Shown: positions 1 to 10,066, counted from the stretch's first letter. The stretch: 20,244 bases of DNA from Candidatus Iainarchaeum sp. (GCA_043803765.1 JAZDJQ010000017.1:1-20244), one strand, 5' to 3'. Notes: generated by a model from the letters alone, not told the origin. Program-made: numbers and translations.

Positions 1-1
1 T

Positions 2-508
2 CTCCGATTGCGTGAACAGACGTGCGCGAATACTATTAATGCCGCATTGGAGGGAATGACGCGCAACCTGCAAAACGTTGCCACGGGCAAAGGGACGGCG
101 CAGTTCAATTTTTCTTTTGGGGATTGTTCAGCTAAAATAAACGATTGCGCTAATTTTGCCACTCTTTCCCAAACAGGAGAAGTGGAATGCGTCCGTCTGT
201 TAGACAGCACCGACCCTAATGTTTGTTCAAGCTTTTGTTCTTCGGCAAGAAGCATTTGTTCACTACTGCAATACAAAAGCACGCGAAATACGGTGACAAA
301 ATGTGTGGATATTTCTCCTTCTACCGCGTTTCCTGCCGAGGGAAGCGGTCAATGTCCCGACCGTTCGGCCGAGGAATGGTATTTGCAGGATTTTACCGCA
401 AATACGATTCAACAGGGAACCTATTCTTTCCTTAAAGTATCCGATTTAACGGCATCCGTTCCTGTCGTGTGTGCTTATTTGAAAGGAAAACCGTCATTGG
501 GTGGATAA
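2..508 (+). CDS. 5'-truncated Cys-rich secreted or pilin-like protein (C-terminal part)
   Basis: The frame is open from the window edge, so the TTG at 8 is probably not the true start. It has many Cys and is the first of four tightly packed co-oriented genes, the rest of which have pilin-like N-termini. Confidence 0.6.
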   Translation, partial: LRLREQTCANTINAALEGMTRNLQNVATGKGTAQFNFSFGDCSAKINDCANFATLSQTGEVECVRLLDSTDPNVCSSFCSSARSICSLLQYKSTRNTVTKCVDISPSTAFPAEGSGQCPDRSAEEWYLQDFTANTIQQGTYSFLKVSDLTASVPVVCAYLKGKPSLGG

Positions 509-528
509 AAAAAAGGGATTGATTGTGT

Positions 529-1137
529 ATGATTGAATTCACCTTATCCAAAATCAATCTACTCATTCTGGTGATTGCATTGTTTTCTATTATTTCATTT
601 TTCACATTAAACGTGGGGAAGATTTTTTTAGTAGGGGAAGTTCGGCAGGAATTAGAAAAGTATTCTCTCACGCTCAATGGGATGGTGATTGCTCCCACAA
701 CGTGTGACAGTAAGCCCTTTGCTATTCCATCTAAGTATTCAAGTTTTGGGAATAATGTTTATTACACCCTGCATATTTCTAAAGCGCAGACATCTCTTGA
801 AAATAGGCTCATTTTTACGGTGAGTGATGTTCGTTCTCCAAATAATGTGTTAGCGGCTTCTTCTCTTTCAACGAATGCTGAAATAGTCGTATATGATTTA
901 ATTGGAGGCACGGTTGTGCCATTAGCTGATTTGGAAGAATTAGTTTTGGACCCTCAATCCGTTCCTCCCCGGAATGCATTTTATGTGGTGAAGAGTGTGA
1001 CGGAAGGAAAAGAAACACTGCACATCTTTCCCTGTGCTATTACTTCCAGTAGTCAAACCTGTTTTGGAAGCGGAAGCATCAAAGAGCAGGTGTCGAATTA
1101 CCTTGTATTGAACGGGGGGAACAATTTCATATGTTGA
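529..1137 (+). CDS. Pilin-like membrane-anchored protein
   Basis: Starts MIEFTLSKINLLILVIALFSIISFF, a single N-terminal hydrophobic helix resembling a mature pilin N-terminus, followed by a beta-rich domain with Cys residues. ATG 529 is preferred over TTG 523. Overlaps the next gene. Confidence 0.6.
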   Translation: MIEFTLSKINLLILVIALFSIISFFTLNVGKIFLVGEVRQELEKYSLTLNGMVIAPTTCDSKPFAIPSKYSSFGNNVYYTLHISKAQTSLENRLIFTVSDVRSPNNVLAASSLSTNAEIVVYDLIGGTVVPLADLEELVLDPQSVPPRNAFYVVKSVTEGKETLHIFPCAITSSSQTCFGSGSIKEQVSNYLVLNGGNNFIC

Positions 1138-1667
1138 CTTTCGGTTCCCGTGGTTATTTGGGGCCGATTGGGGATGATATTCCCAGTCTTATTCCCATAT
1201 TAGTGGGATTGATTACTTTTTTTGCTGCATTCACCTTTACGCTAAACGAGTATAATGCACGCGCAACCAGTTTTTCTGCGGACCGCGACACGCTCATTGT
1301 AGCAAACGCACTGAAAGGGGATTCCTATATTGCTACTCCTAATGAATTTGAGAATGCATGCAAAGGACTCCGTATTAGGGGATTGAATTATGCAGCAGGA
1401 ATCGTTGAATCATCCGAATGGGAAAAAATAAAAAAGGAAGCCGAAGACACGGGTCTGCCCAATTTGGGAGTGATGGCGAATCATTTTTTTGCAATGCAGG
1501 GAAAATCCCTTCAATGCTCAGCAGGCATTGAATCTCCTCTTACCGAATTAGGATTATCGGATATTATTCAGAATCGTTCATTTGTCGTGCTGTCTTTTCC
1601 TCTTGCCATCCAAGTTGATTATGCAGTCGTTCCCGCTACATTGGTGGTGATGACATGGCGCATTTAA
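1131..1667 (+). CDS. Putative class III signal peptide (pilin-like) protein
   Basis: MLTFGSRG/YLGPIGDDIPSLIPILVGLITFFAAF has an RG cleavage-like site before a hydrophobic helix. Ends in the beta strand LVVMTW, similar to VILSTW in the neighbouring gene. Confidence 0.6.
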   Translation: MLTFGSRGYLGPIGDDIPSLIPILVGLITFFAAFTFTLNEYNARATSFSADRDTLIVANALKGDSYIATPNEFENACKGLRIRGLNYAAGIVESSEWEKIKKEAEDTGLPNLGVMANHFFAMQGKSLQCSAGIESPLTELGLSDIIQNRSFVVLSFPLAIQVDYAVVPATLVVMTWRI

Positions 1668-2485
1668 ACAAAAAAAGAGGAAAGAAGTTTATTTTTACTA
1701 TCCCATCACGAGGACAGGCCGCCGTAACCGATGCATTATTTTTGCTTGTCATTATTTCCTCTCTCACCGGGTTTCTTTTTCTCTTTGCTGCCAATTATGG
1801 TAAAGGAATTGCCGACCAAGTGAATCGAAATGGTTCTTTTGAGTTTGTTTCTTCCGCACTCAAAACTATTATGTATCAATCCGTGACGCGTGATTCGACT
1901 CAAGCGATCAACGTTTTGTCCCCCGATCCTGATTTGGAAGTGGATTATCTCATGGCGATGGTAAAAGAAGACTATGCTGATGACCAAAATCTTTCTCTTA
2001 ACACGAAACGTAGTCTCGCAAAATCTATTTACCACGTCATGCGTCCTATTGCCGATAATCAGGATTATTTATTCGCCATCAACACGGCTCAAAAATACGT
2101 GTTAATTATTCTTTGGCGGACTAATTTTGTAGTACAAGATAGCACCGGTGCCTACGTTCCATGGGGTGGAACGGTTGACCCGGAGCGTTTTCAAAACGTT
2201 TTGCCTAATCCGAGTGAACCGCATGAAATGTTTTTCTGTAATCCTTCTATCACGGATAATGCCGTGCAAAAACTCTTCTTGCGTGTGGGAACCGCCACGC
2301 AGGCGCAGTCCCTTATCAATATGGTGGAATTCTCAGGTTCTTCTTTCTTATTAGCACTTGATACGACTGAAATTAGAGCAGGGGTTATTCTTTCAACGTG
2401 GACGGCTACTCCTATTCCGGATGAGGAATGGAATCTATTAAAGTGTGAAAAAATTCCTCCTGCGGATATTATTCCTCCTTCATAA
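1655..2485 (+). CDS. Class III signal peptide (archaeal type IV pilin-like) protein
   Basis: A basic leader is followed by SRG/QAAVTDALFLLVIISSLTGFLFLF, the canonical [KR]G/Q prepilin peptidase site plus hydrophobic helix. Confidence 0.75.
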   Translation: MAHLNKKRGKKFIFTIPSRGQAAVTDALFLLVIISSLTGFLFLFAANYGKGIADQVNRNGSFEFVSSALKTIMYQSVTRDSTQAINVLSPDPDLEVDYLMAMVKEDYADDQNLSLNTKRSLAKSIYHVMRPIADNQDYLFAINTAQKYVLIILWRTNFVVQDSTGAYVPWGGTVDPERFQNVLPNPSEPHEMFFCNPSITDNAVQKLFLRVGTATQAQSLINMVEFSGSSFLLALDTTEIRAGVILSTWTATPIPDEEWNLLKCEKIPPADIIPPS

Positions 2486-2489
2486 ACGC

Positions 2490-3395
2490 TTACTTATCTT
2501 CTTCAAAAATAGGAAAATCATCCCCTAATGAGAGATCATCGTCTTCCTCGAATGGTTTTTTCTTTTTCTTCACACTTTTTTCTTCTCCAAACAAATCCTT
2601 GAAATCGGTTTCTTCTTCAGGAAGAGTAGTTGTTGAATGAGAAGAAGGACTCTTTTCCATTTCATCTTCCGTATTATTTTCAACTTTTCCCATTCTCCTT
2701 CGAATATGCGCCGGAATATCCTCATTTTCTTTTTTATCTGCCATGCCCGTCTTTTTTTCTTCGAGTGAGGGGTTATTCTCGGGTGCATCCCCTCCCCTTT
2801 GGCGGCGCCATTCTACTCGTTCACGGGGGGATAAGTGCTGGGGGACTTTTTCAATATTCTCTGCTTCTGCGGTTATTTTCTCTATTGGGTGAGGAGGAGT
2901 AGGCGCGCCTCCTGCTGGAGTAAAATGAAATGATGCAGGCGGTTGAGATTGTTTTTCTTTCCTACCAATCGAGGCCAAATCTTTCAATTCTTTGAGTGCC
3001 TGTTCTATTTTCTCATTTTTTACTCCATGTTCGATGCTGTCTTCTCCACTTGCAGGGAGTCGATCCTCGAATGCTGCCTTTTCATGCAACCCTAATGCTT
3101 TGTCGATGTGAGAGAGAGCAGGCTTCTGTGTATTCTCCATGACTTTCTCAAAACCACCCGATCGAAACGGGGGAATAAAAGGGGGTGTTTTTCTTTCCCT
3201 ATTTCTCTGCTCATGCACATGAATAGACTTTTTTCCCGATGGACTCATCCACGGTTCCTCTTTAGGATAAGAGGATGATTCTTCCTCTTTTTTTGTTTCA
3301 GGCTTTTCCCATTTTTTCATTTCCTCCGGAATAGGTGTTCCTTTTCGTTGGAATCGCCGGAGGCGGCGGGGAACGTTTTCCATTTCATCACTCAT
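2490..3395 (-). CDS. Hypothetical highly charged, probably disordered protein
   Basis: 301-aa ORF rich in E, K and P with an acidic C-terminus. Its start overlaps the upstream stop (ATGA). Confidence 0.75.
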   Translation of the reverse strand: MSDEMENVPRRLRRFQRKGTPIPEEMKKWEKPETKKEEESSSYPKEEPWMSPSGKKSIHVHEQRNRERKTPPFIPPFRSGGFEKVMENTQKPALSHIDKALGLHEKAAFEDRLPASGEDSIEHGVKNEKIEQALKELKDLASIGRKEKQSQPPASFHFTPAGGAPTPPHPIEKITAEAENIEKVPQHLSPRERVEWRRQRGGDAPENNPSLEEKKTGMADKKENEDIPAHIRRRMGKVENNTEDEMEKSPSSHSTTTLPEEETDFKDLFGEEKSVKKKKKPFEEDDDLSLGDDFPIFEEDK

Positions 3396-4066
3396 ACTTT
3401 TTTTTCCTTCCGTTGTTTCTTACTCACGTTCTCGTTGAATTCCTTTAAATCCCTTTGGAGTTGAACCAACGTGTCCTCAAACCCAGAAAAATCACCAAAA
3501 TCAGGGGAACGAGGAGCAGTCTCCTCTAAAGGAAAAGCATGATTCCCTTTTGAAGGAGAATACAATGTATTCGTTTTCGTCTCTTTAAGCATGTCCATCA
3601 CATCATTCTCAATAGTAGGAAGTTCAATTGTCCTATCCTCCGTTATTTGCTTTTGGGAAGGACGAATCTGTGAAGGCTTTTGTACATTCGAATGAAAGCG
3701 AGAAGGAAAAGAAGAAGGATGAGGAATAGATGAAGCAAAAGGTTGATGGGATACCATTCGATGCACTACTCTTGTGGCGGCAGCCGTACAACCAAAAAGA
3801 AAAACCAATCCTATCCCGCTCCATGCACTGAACTCCATAATCAATGATACCGACTCATTCGTACTGTTCACGGCAGGAAGCAATACTATTATCAGGAGCA
3901 CGGACCAAACAATTCCTATTATTCCTCCTGCTCCCACCCGCTTCCATCCTTTCCAAAAACGAGAAGGAGGATACATCCATCGAAATCCACCATACCCAAC
4001 GGAAAGACTACCAATCACCAGAATGGCACCTATCACCAAATCCAATACGGGAGAAATCAAACTCAT
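3392..4066 (-). CDS. Hypothetical membrane protein (about 3 TM helices, low-complexity linker, C-terminal coiled coil)
   Basis: Three hydrophobic segments in the first ~100 aa and a FEDTLVQLQRDLKEF helix at the end. Confidence 0.75.
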   Translation of the reverse strand: MSLISPVLDLVIGAILVIGSLSVGYGGFRWMYPPSRFWKGWKRVGAGGIIGIVWSVLLIIVLLPAVNSTNESVSLIMEFSAWSGIGLVFLFGCTAAATRVVHRMVSHQPFASSIPHPSSFPSRFHSNVQKPSQIRPSQKQITEDRTIELPTIENDVMDMLKETKTNTLYSPSKGNHAFPLEETAPRSPDFGDFSGFEDTLVQLQRDLKEFNENVSKKQRKEKKV

Positions 4067-4117
4067 TCTATTCCAAAGGGGTGCGTCATTTTTATTCTTG
4101 AAGGGTTTGGACGAGGT

Positions 4118-4660
4118 ATGGACCCTCTCACGGATGTGCTGTTCAATCTTATCAGCCTGGCATGGGTATCATTCCAATTGTTCGTTCCCATGCTCATCAT
4201 CACCGTGATTCTTCTTTTCGTTTTTAATCAGGTACAGAAAAAAACACGATGGAAATGGATAGGGTCTACCATTCTTACATTATTCCTATCCTTCTTTCTT
4301 TTTCTATTTGTCATTCATTCATTGAATATTTGGAATGGGTTAAATGCAACGGATGATTCGACCATTCCACCCGACTTGCGTGAGAATCCATTATTCGAAC
4401 AAGGAAGACCTACTCCTATTACATTAGAAATTCAAGCATTCATTAATTCCATTATTGGAGGAATACTACTCACCTTACTTATTCTTCCATTTGCATTCAT
4501 CGGCATTTCCATTTTTGACGTACTCAAAAAAAGGTTTCATGGAGTATGGACACGCCTCGTTATCACGGTTTTCTTAGGAGCAATAGGATTCATTCTATTA
4601 CTCGCTTTTTTTCCATGGATTCCCGTAAGCCTAATCTATTTGGTATTTTATGGAGCATGA
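4118..4660 (+). CDS. Hypothetical polytopic membrane protein
   Basis: 180 aa with four or more hydrophobic segments. GAGGT lies immediately before the ATG. Confidence 0.8.
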   Translation: MDPLTDVLFNLISLAWVSFQLFVPMLIITVILLFVFNQVQKKTRWKWIGSTILTLFLSFFLFLFVIHSLNIWNGLNATDDSTIPPDLRENPLFEQGRPTPITLEIQAFINSIIGGILLTLLILPFAFIGISIFDVLKKRFHGVWTRLVITVFLGAIGFILLLAFFPWIPVSLIYLVFYGA

Positions 4661-4695
4661 GTAGTTTAGGGGAGGAATACGTACGCGTTTCCCTT

Positions 4696-4718
4696 GCGTG
4701 CGAAGGCACGCTTTTATA
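4696..4718 (+). promoter_or_regulatory. Hairpin followed by TTTTATA (terminator of the upstream gene and/or TATA box of the large gene)
   Basis: GCGTGC-GAAG-GCACGC at 4696-4711, then TTTTATA at 4712-4718, about 25 nt before ATG 4742. Confidence 0.4.
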
Positions 4719-4741
4719 GCCCCGCTACGCGATGAATCCCT

Positions 4742-7700
4742 ATGAATCCCTCCCGGATTGCTTTCCTCTACACCCTATTGCTTATTACCTCTCCGCTTGC
4801 CTCCGCACTTCCTTCTACAGAAAATAGTTCATTCCCAAATGAAAATCTTCCACCCATCGCAACGCCCATTCCTTTGATTGAAAATAATCCACCCTCTGAT
4901 ATTCTCATCACATTCCAAGCAACCCCAACAGGAGGAGTATGCCGCATCTCGCAATTAGACCCGGAAGAAGTACAGCGATTGAAGGACGCGATACTCACCC
5001 CCGGTCTCGTTGGAAATGAAATAAGCGCAGGAACCCCGCCAAACAATAACCGAGACACGGTATCCGACACGAATAAACTGCTCATTCCCAATCCCTATGA
5101 CACGGAATCCGCATACCAAAAACAGGTTCCTGTTGAATTGCTTTCACCGGAAGAACTTTCTCCATTACAAAATAATCGAATCAAAGGACCTTTTGCATTC
5201 GGCATATCCTTATACGATTCCCTGCGCGCCGCACGATGCGTAAACGACGAAACATGCGCCGTGTTAGGAGAACAATTGCAATTACGGAACTCGGGAGAAG
5301 GAATCAGCGGAAACATCAAAGACATGTGGAATGCCGTAACAAAAGATTTAGACTCTCCTTCTTCCACGTTTACTGAGGAAGAATCGGCCACCATTCGCGC
5401 TCAGATTCAGAGTGAACAATTGCTAGAAGATGAGGATTCCAATTCGGTTCCCGTTCAGTTCTATTCCCGCGCTACCTCTCCCGATGCCATGAACCACATT
5501 CGAGCCGATAACACATGGCAGTCGGGAATGCTCACCAATTGCGATGATGGAAAATGTATTTTGACATTGTATTCCATGTTTGACAAGTATTTCAATTCCT
5601 GGTATTCCGGCGACTTAGTTATCGGGTCATTCGGTCCTACAGTGTGGGGACAATTCAGAAAAATGTTAGTGAATTCTAAACGATTCAATCTCGTTTCTGG
5701 AAAGCTCGCGGACAAATTGAATCTTGCGAATGTTTGGAGCGGAAAAAAGATAACATCCGCAGGGATTTTTGCAGGCGGTGCCCCGGTTGGACCCAATGAT
5801 TTCTTTTCTAGGATGAAATCGCTCGACAAGGCAACGGGAAGCAAGGGATTCTATGAGATTTCGGGAGCGGATTATTTCCGGAACCTTAAAAAAACAGCAC
5901 AGCGGGACACCGATTTGGGAAAAATGTATGAAGAGATGTTTATCCAAGCCAAGATCACGTCAACAGGAAAAGTATCAGGTATAGAAGATGAATTATTCAA
6001 GGAGGATGGAATCCTTGGGAAGGTAACCAGTTTTGAAAAACGAAAGAAAGTTTTTGCGTACACGGGAAAATTGAAGCAACACGCGGATATAACAGAGGCG
6101 ATTCGTTTGGAGTTAGAAAAACTAGCTAAAAGTGGTAATCCAGCAGAAAGGATTCAGGCAGCAAGAGGATATGCTCGAATATTCAAAGACACGGACGATG
6201 CCTTTAATCTCGACCTGAAAAAAATGTTCAAAGAGTTGCCTGAAGCAGATTTCAGGAAAATCTATGTCAAGGATCCCAACACAGGAGCAACTCGAAGCTT
6301 GTTGGATTTTGATGACAAGTACTTTAACCAAATGTATGACAGTTTTGTTAAGCATGGGGATTTTAGGGATGTAACCATTCTTGAGAGGGATGCAGCGACA
6401 GGAGCGCTTAAGCTATTCCGTGTTCAACCAGTAAGCAACCCAATTGGTACCATTGATATGGTTCGCCTGCAAAATGGGGGGTATCCAGATGATGCGTTAG
6501 TACGCTTATTTAGTGGAGAAAATGTCGCGGCTACGCCTCGAAACCACGATATTATTTTGAAGGATCAGCTGGCAAATGCCGGACAAGTACAATACGTGTA
6601 TGCTGGTGGATTTATTCCATCAAACGAACAATTTTCTCCTAATGCGCTTGCAGAAAAAATCCTAGCAGGAAACATCATGGACGGAAAAGTGAAGAGCTAT
6701 TCCCAAAACATGAATTCGATCTACGATACCATGGTGGCACGGGACTGGGGGAAAGGAACCTACACGAATCTCCTTTCCAAAGGCCTCCAATCCAACGAGA
6801 ACCTTATTTCAAAATACTTCAAGATTTGGGACCCTCATGTTTTACAATCAGGTATTGGAACAACAGGTAAAATGTATTTATATTGGGCATTCGCCCGAGG
6901 GTTTGGATTCGACGATTTTTCGATCTATCAGCTTCCTGATGAATGGACCGAAGTTCAATTTGAACCGGGGGAAACGGAATTCTACAATGATGCGTACATC
7001 GATATTTTTGCGAACGAAGGAAGCGATACAGGAGATATTTTCCAGAAGGTCATCTCGAATCTCCCCATCCCGTATGTTCTTGACAAGTTCGTGGGAGAAT
7101 TCGATACGCTGGACACGGTATGGAATTGGGTGAATGGAGGAATGGCCCGAACCAACCCAGATAACTTGGCCATGTTCATGTTCGGCTCCCCTTCCTGCCC
7201 GGAATGTTCCGCATCACTTGTTTCTCCTGCGAATGAACGATTCGATGTTCAGTATGTTTCTCCCGAAAGCATGAATGGTTTTTTCATTGAACACGCCCAA
7301 ACAAAAGAAGCAACGGAAGAAGGACAATTGCTCATCACCTATTCGCACCACGCCGACATCAAAGGAAGAATGCAGGGAGAACCACTCGATGAGATTAATC
7401 TAGTAAAAGCAAGGCAAGAAGAGGAAACGTGCCAGCAAGTAATGGAAGACATCCCATTCTATGGGAGTGCAGCTAAATTGTTTGGAGCCGAGACTACAGG
7501 AGCGGCTGCCGCAGTGGTAGAGAATCTATTCTATGTCGGGGCGGGCTTTTTTGGCGTGGGACTCATGGGAGTGTTTTTCTCACTTGCAAACCAGGCAGCT
7601 ATCGCCCCCCAGATGGGAGAATGTGTGGATGACAAAGAAGGATATTTTGCTTCATTGTTTGTTCCAAAACCAAAGGAGAAAGAGGGAAAAACAACCGAGC

Positions 7701-9334
7701 TTGAAAAGAATATTTCGGAGAAAGCATTGGATGGGATACGCGAGTTCACCAATACGATTGATTCGAATCATTCCAATCCTTCTCTCTCAGAGAAAGTATT
7801 GCAGGAATCCACAAGCAAAGTACGAGAGTTGATTGACGATGCACAAAAGAATGATGTAGCCGAAGCAGAACTGCGTATTACCGGAAGCTCTTCAGGTTAT
7901 TTACGTGCGGAAGAAGTCATGTATTTCTGGGGAGGAGGAGAAAGCCTTATCGAACCTACTAAATACAACACGGATGGAAAAACCGTTATCGGAACAGAGG
8001 ACGGACACACGATAACACTGGATAATGATAAAGGAACGCTTTCGGTGGACGGACAGATTGTGATTGATGAAGAGCACGCCGACCATGAACGATTAAGCAA
8101 CAAAAACTTAGCCATTCCCGCGGTGGAAATCCCACAACGATTGAATGGATACACATTAGGAATTGATGCCAATTCATTACTATTCAATGTAAACATACGA
8201 GGAGAAGCCGTAGTGCACGATGTAGAATTGTTAGATTGTATTCAATCCGCTATTCTTGCCCAATCCGGTGTCCCGCTCAACTCAAACAATATAAGCGAGG
8301 CATTCGGAAAAACGGATTCCATTGTAACGGACGTTTATCCTAGCATCTCATTTGATACGATTCATAACCGCATTCTCTTAGGAGGACAGGTTCCTCAAAA
8401 TGCGAATGGAGGAAACGCCAGCGTTTCCGTGTATGGGGATCGGCATGTGATTGTAAATGGGGCGCCTAATCCTCTTGCTGGAAACTTCCAATCCGGATTA
8501 TGGGAGAACGGTTCGATTATTTACAAACCCCAAACAAACGAATTGCTCATTTGGTTACGACATCACGCGCAAGCGGTTGTATCCGATCAGGATGTAAAAG
8601 GATTTGATGGAAAACTCACCACACTAAACAATCCACTCACATTCTGCGAGGAACCCGCGATCGATTTGAGTGTGGAAACCGACCCGGCTACGGCAGGAAC
8701 CAAACTGAAAGGAGATAATTTAACAGCAGGATTACAAAAAAATGGCCCATTCCAAGTGTTCGAAACAGAGAACAAGCGGTTCATTTTGTACTCGAAACTA
8801 GTGGATGGGGAATGCAAGGACTACTTCCGTGTCGTGAACAAAGACACGGGAGAAGTATACGACCAAGAAATCACGGGCATTTCACAAAACGAGGACGGAA
8901 CGATTAACATTGCAACAGCAGACGGACAGAAACACACCCTTGAGTTCTCCGACCAGAATGGGAAACCCGTTATCACCTATGATGGACAATCCGCATTATT
9001 GCGCAGTGCCTCAGGACCGGGAGGATCGTTCTATTACGACCCAAGCAAGGGGTTATACTATGCGGAAAACGCCCAATTCGTTCCGCTCAACGAGGGATTC
9101 AAAAACCAAGGAGTGTCATTCCAAGCCAACCCGGATGGAAGCGTAACAGGGAAACCCGGAGACAACGTATTCGTGATTAACCCCGCGCAGGGAGGAGAAG
9201 GACTATTCAACATTCCCAGCCTACCGGAAGAAGCGGGAGGACTAATAGTGATGCTGCTCGTGCTCATGGGAATCATTGTAGGAATATACGTGGATGCGGA
9301 AGAACGAAAAAAGAAAGATCATTCCGGGAGATGA
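4742..9334 (+). CDS. Large (1530 aa) secreted, C-terminally anchored cell-surface protein
   Basis: Has a Sec-type signal peptide (MNPSRIAFLYTLLLITSPLASA), paired Cys and an internal Gly/Ala-rich hydrophobic segment. The C-terminus is IPSLPE, then a TM helix, then RKKK. Confidence 0.85.
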   Translation: MNPSRIAFLYTLLLITSPLASALPSTENSSFPNENLPPIATPIPLIENNPPSDILITFQATPTGGVCRISQLDPEEVQRLKDAILTPGLVGNEISAGTPPNNNRDTVSDTNKLLIPNPYDTESAYQKQVPVELLSPEELSPLQNNRIKGPFAFGISLYDSLRAARCVNDETCAVLGEQLQLRNSGEGISGNIKDMWNAVTKDLDSPSSTFTEEESATIRAQIQSEQLLEDEDSNSVPVQFYSRATSPDAMNHIRADNTWQSGMLTNCDDGKCILTLYSMFDKYFNSWYSGDLVIGSFGPTVWGQFRKMLVNSKRFNLVSGKLADKLNLANVWSGKKITSAGIFAGGAPVGPNDFFSRMKSLDKATGSKGFYEISGADYFRNLKKTAQRDTDLGKMYEEMFIQAKITSTGKVSGIEDELFKEDGILGKVTSFEKRKKVFAYTGKLKQHADITEAIRLELEKLAKSGNPAERIQAARGYARIFKDTDDAFNLDLKKMFKELPEADFRKIYVKDPNTGATRSLLDFDDKYFNQMYDSFVKHGDFRDVTILERDAATGALKLFRVQPVSNPIGTIDMVRLQNGGYPDDALVRLFSGENVAATPRNHDIILKDQLANAGQVQYVYAGGFIPSNEQFSPNALAEKILAGNIMDGKVKSYSQNMNSIYDTMVARDWGKGTYTNLLSKGLQSNENLISKYFKIWDPHVLQSGIGTTGKMYLYWAFARGFGFDDFSIYQLPDEWTEVQFEPGETEFYNDAYIDIFANEGSDTGDIFQKVISNLPIPYVLDKFVGEFDTLDTVWNWVNGGMARTNPDNLAMFMFGSPSCPECSASLVSPANERFDVQYVSPESMNGFFIEHAQTKEATEEGQLLITYSHHADIKGRMQGEPLDEINLVKARQEEETCQQVMEDIPFYGSAAKLFGAETTGAAAAVVENLFYVGAGFFGVGLMGVFFSLANQAAIAPQMGECVDDKEGYFASLFVPKPKEKEGKTTELEKNISEKALDGIREFTNTIDSNHSNPSLSEKVLQESTSKVRELIDDAQKNDVAEAELRITGSSSGYLRAEEVMYFWGGGESLIEPTKYNTDGKTVIGTEDGHTITLDNDKGTLSVDGQIVIDEEHADHERLSNKNLAIPAVEIPQRLNGYTLGIDANSLLFNVNIRGEAVVHDVELLDCIQSAILAQSGVPLNSNNISEAFGKTDSIVTDVYPSISFDTIHNRILLGGQVPQNANGGNASVSVYGDRHVIVNGAPNPLAGNFQSGLWENGSIIYKPQTNELLIWLRHHAQAVVSDQDVKGFDGKLTTLNNPLTFCEEPAIDLSVETDPATAGTKLKGDNLTAGLQKNGPFQVFETENKRFILYSKLVDGECKDYFRVVNKDTGEVYDQEITGISQNEDGTINIATADGQKHTLEFSDQNGKPVITYDGQSALLRSASGPGGSFYYDPSKGLYYAENAQFVPLNEGFKNQGVSFQANPDGSVTGKPGDNVFVINPAQGGEGLFNIPSLPEEAGGLIVMLLVLMGIIVGIYVDAEERKKKDHSGR

Positions 9335-9340
9335 TGGAAG

Positions 9341-10036
9341 ATGGACAAAAAGGTCCGGCGGGTCATCACTAAAAAATCCGCAAGAAAACCATTGGGGAGG
9401 AGGGGACCGGAAAAACCGGATTTTCGCTTTCTTCGCCGTTGTATATCCGTTTTTACTACGGCAAGGGAGTTGGTTCGCTTCCCAAGGGAACCAAACTCTA
9501 GGATGATTTTTATTGGAACAGGAATGCGCCCATTATTCGAGGCGGTGCGGGCAATGAACGAGCATTTCCAAGAATGGGGAAGAAAAGATTTCCGCTATGT
9601 CATTGCACCTCCCCGAAGGATGGATCGCGACCCGTTGGTTGAGTCAATGGCCCGATTCTTGACTTCCAGAGGAATAGTCTCTCCTGGAAAAAAAGTTTAC
9701 TATCTCGTAGATCTTCAGTTTACTGGTGGAACCTTTGATTTTTTTTCCAAAGTCATCCAGCGAATTGTTCCCGATGCACAAATACATCGCATTACTCAAG
9801 AGTATGAGCATACGAAAATGAATATGAGAAAAGTAGCTCGCGGGATAGTAAAAGGGGAGTCCTTTTTTTTGATGATGTTTAAAAAATCGTGGGATTCACA
9901 GAAGGGGGAAGTCGTGCTGGCACCTTACATGAAAAAACGACTGATCCCCAACAACCGCTATTACCTCTTATTCCAACTCGCCCTACAAAAATGGATGAGA
10001 AAAATGCGTAAAGACAATGAGCGAATAAAGAAATAG
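9341..10036 (+). CDS. Basic hypothetical protein with a degenerate phosphoribosyltransferase-like motif
   Basis: K/R-rich N-terminus. The segments MIFIGTGMRPLFEAVR and YYLVDLQFTGGT resemble a PRTase strand-helix and PRPP loop. Function is uncertain. Confidence 0.55.
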   Translation: MDKKVRRVITKKSARKPLGRRGPEKPDFRFLRRCISVFTTARELVRFPREPNSRMIFIGTGMRPLFEAVRAMNEHFQEWGRKDFRYVIAPPRRMDRDPLVESMARFLTSRGIVSPGKKVYYLVDLQFTGGTFDFFSKVIQRIVPDAQIHRITQEYEHTKMNMRKVARGIVKGESFFLMMFKKSWDSQKGEVVLAPYMKKRLIPNNRYYLLFQLALQKWMRKMRKDNERIKK

Positions 10037-10066
10037 AAAATACTCCCAATGTGCGGATAAACTCTA

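Noticed and set aside
4768-9276. Numerous short antisense and alternate-frame ORFs inside the 1530-aa gene, and similar ones over other genes
   Set aside because: They are shadow ORFs fully overlapping a longer coherent CDS and have no recognisable motifs.
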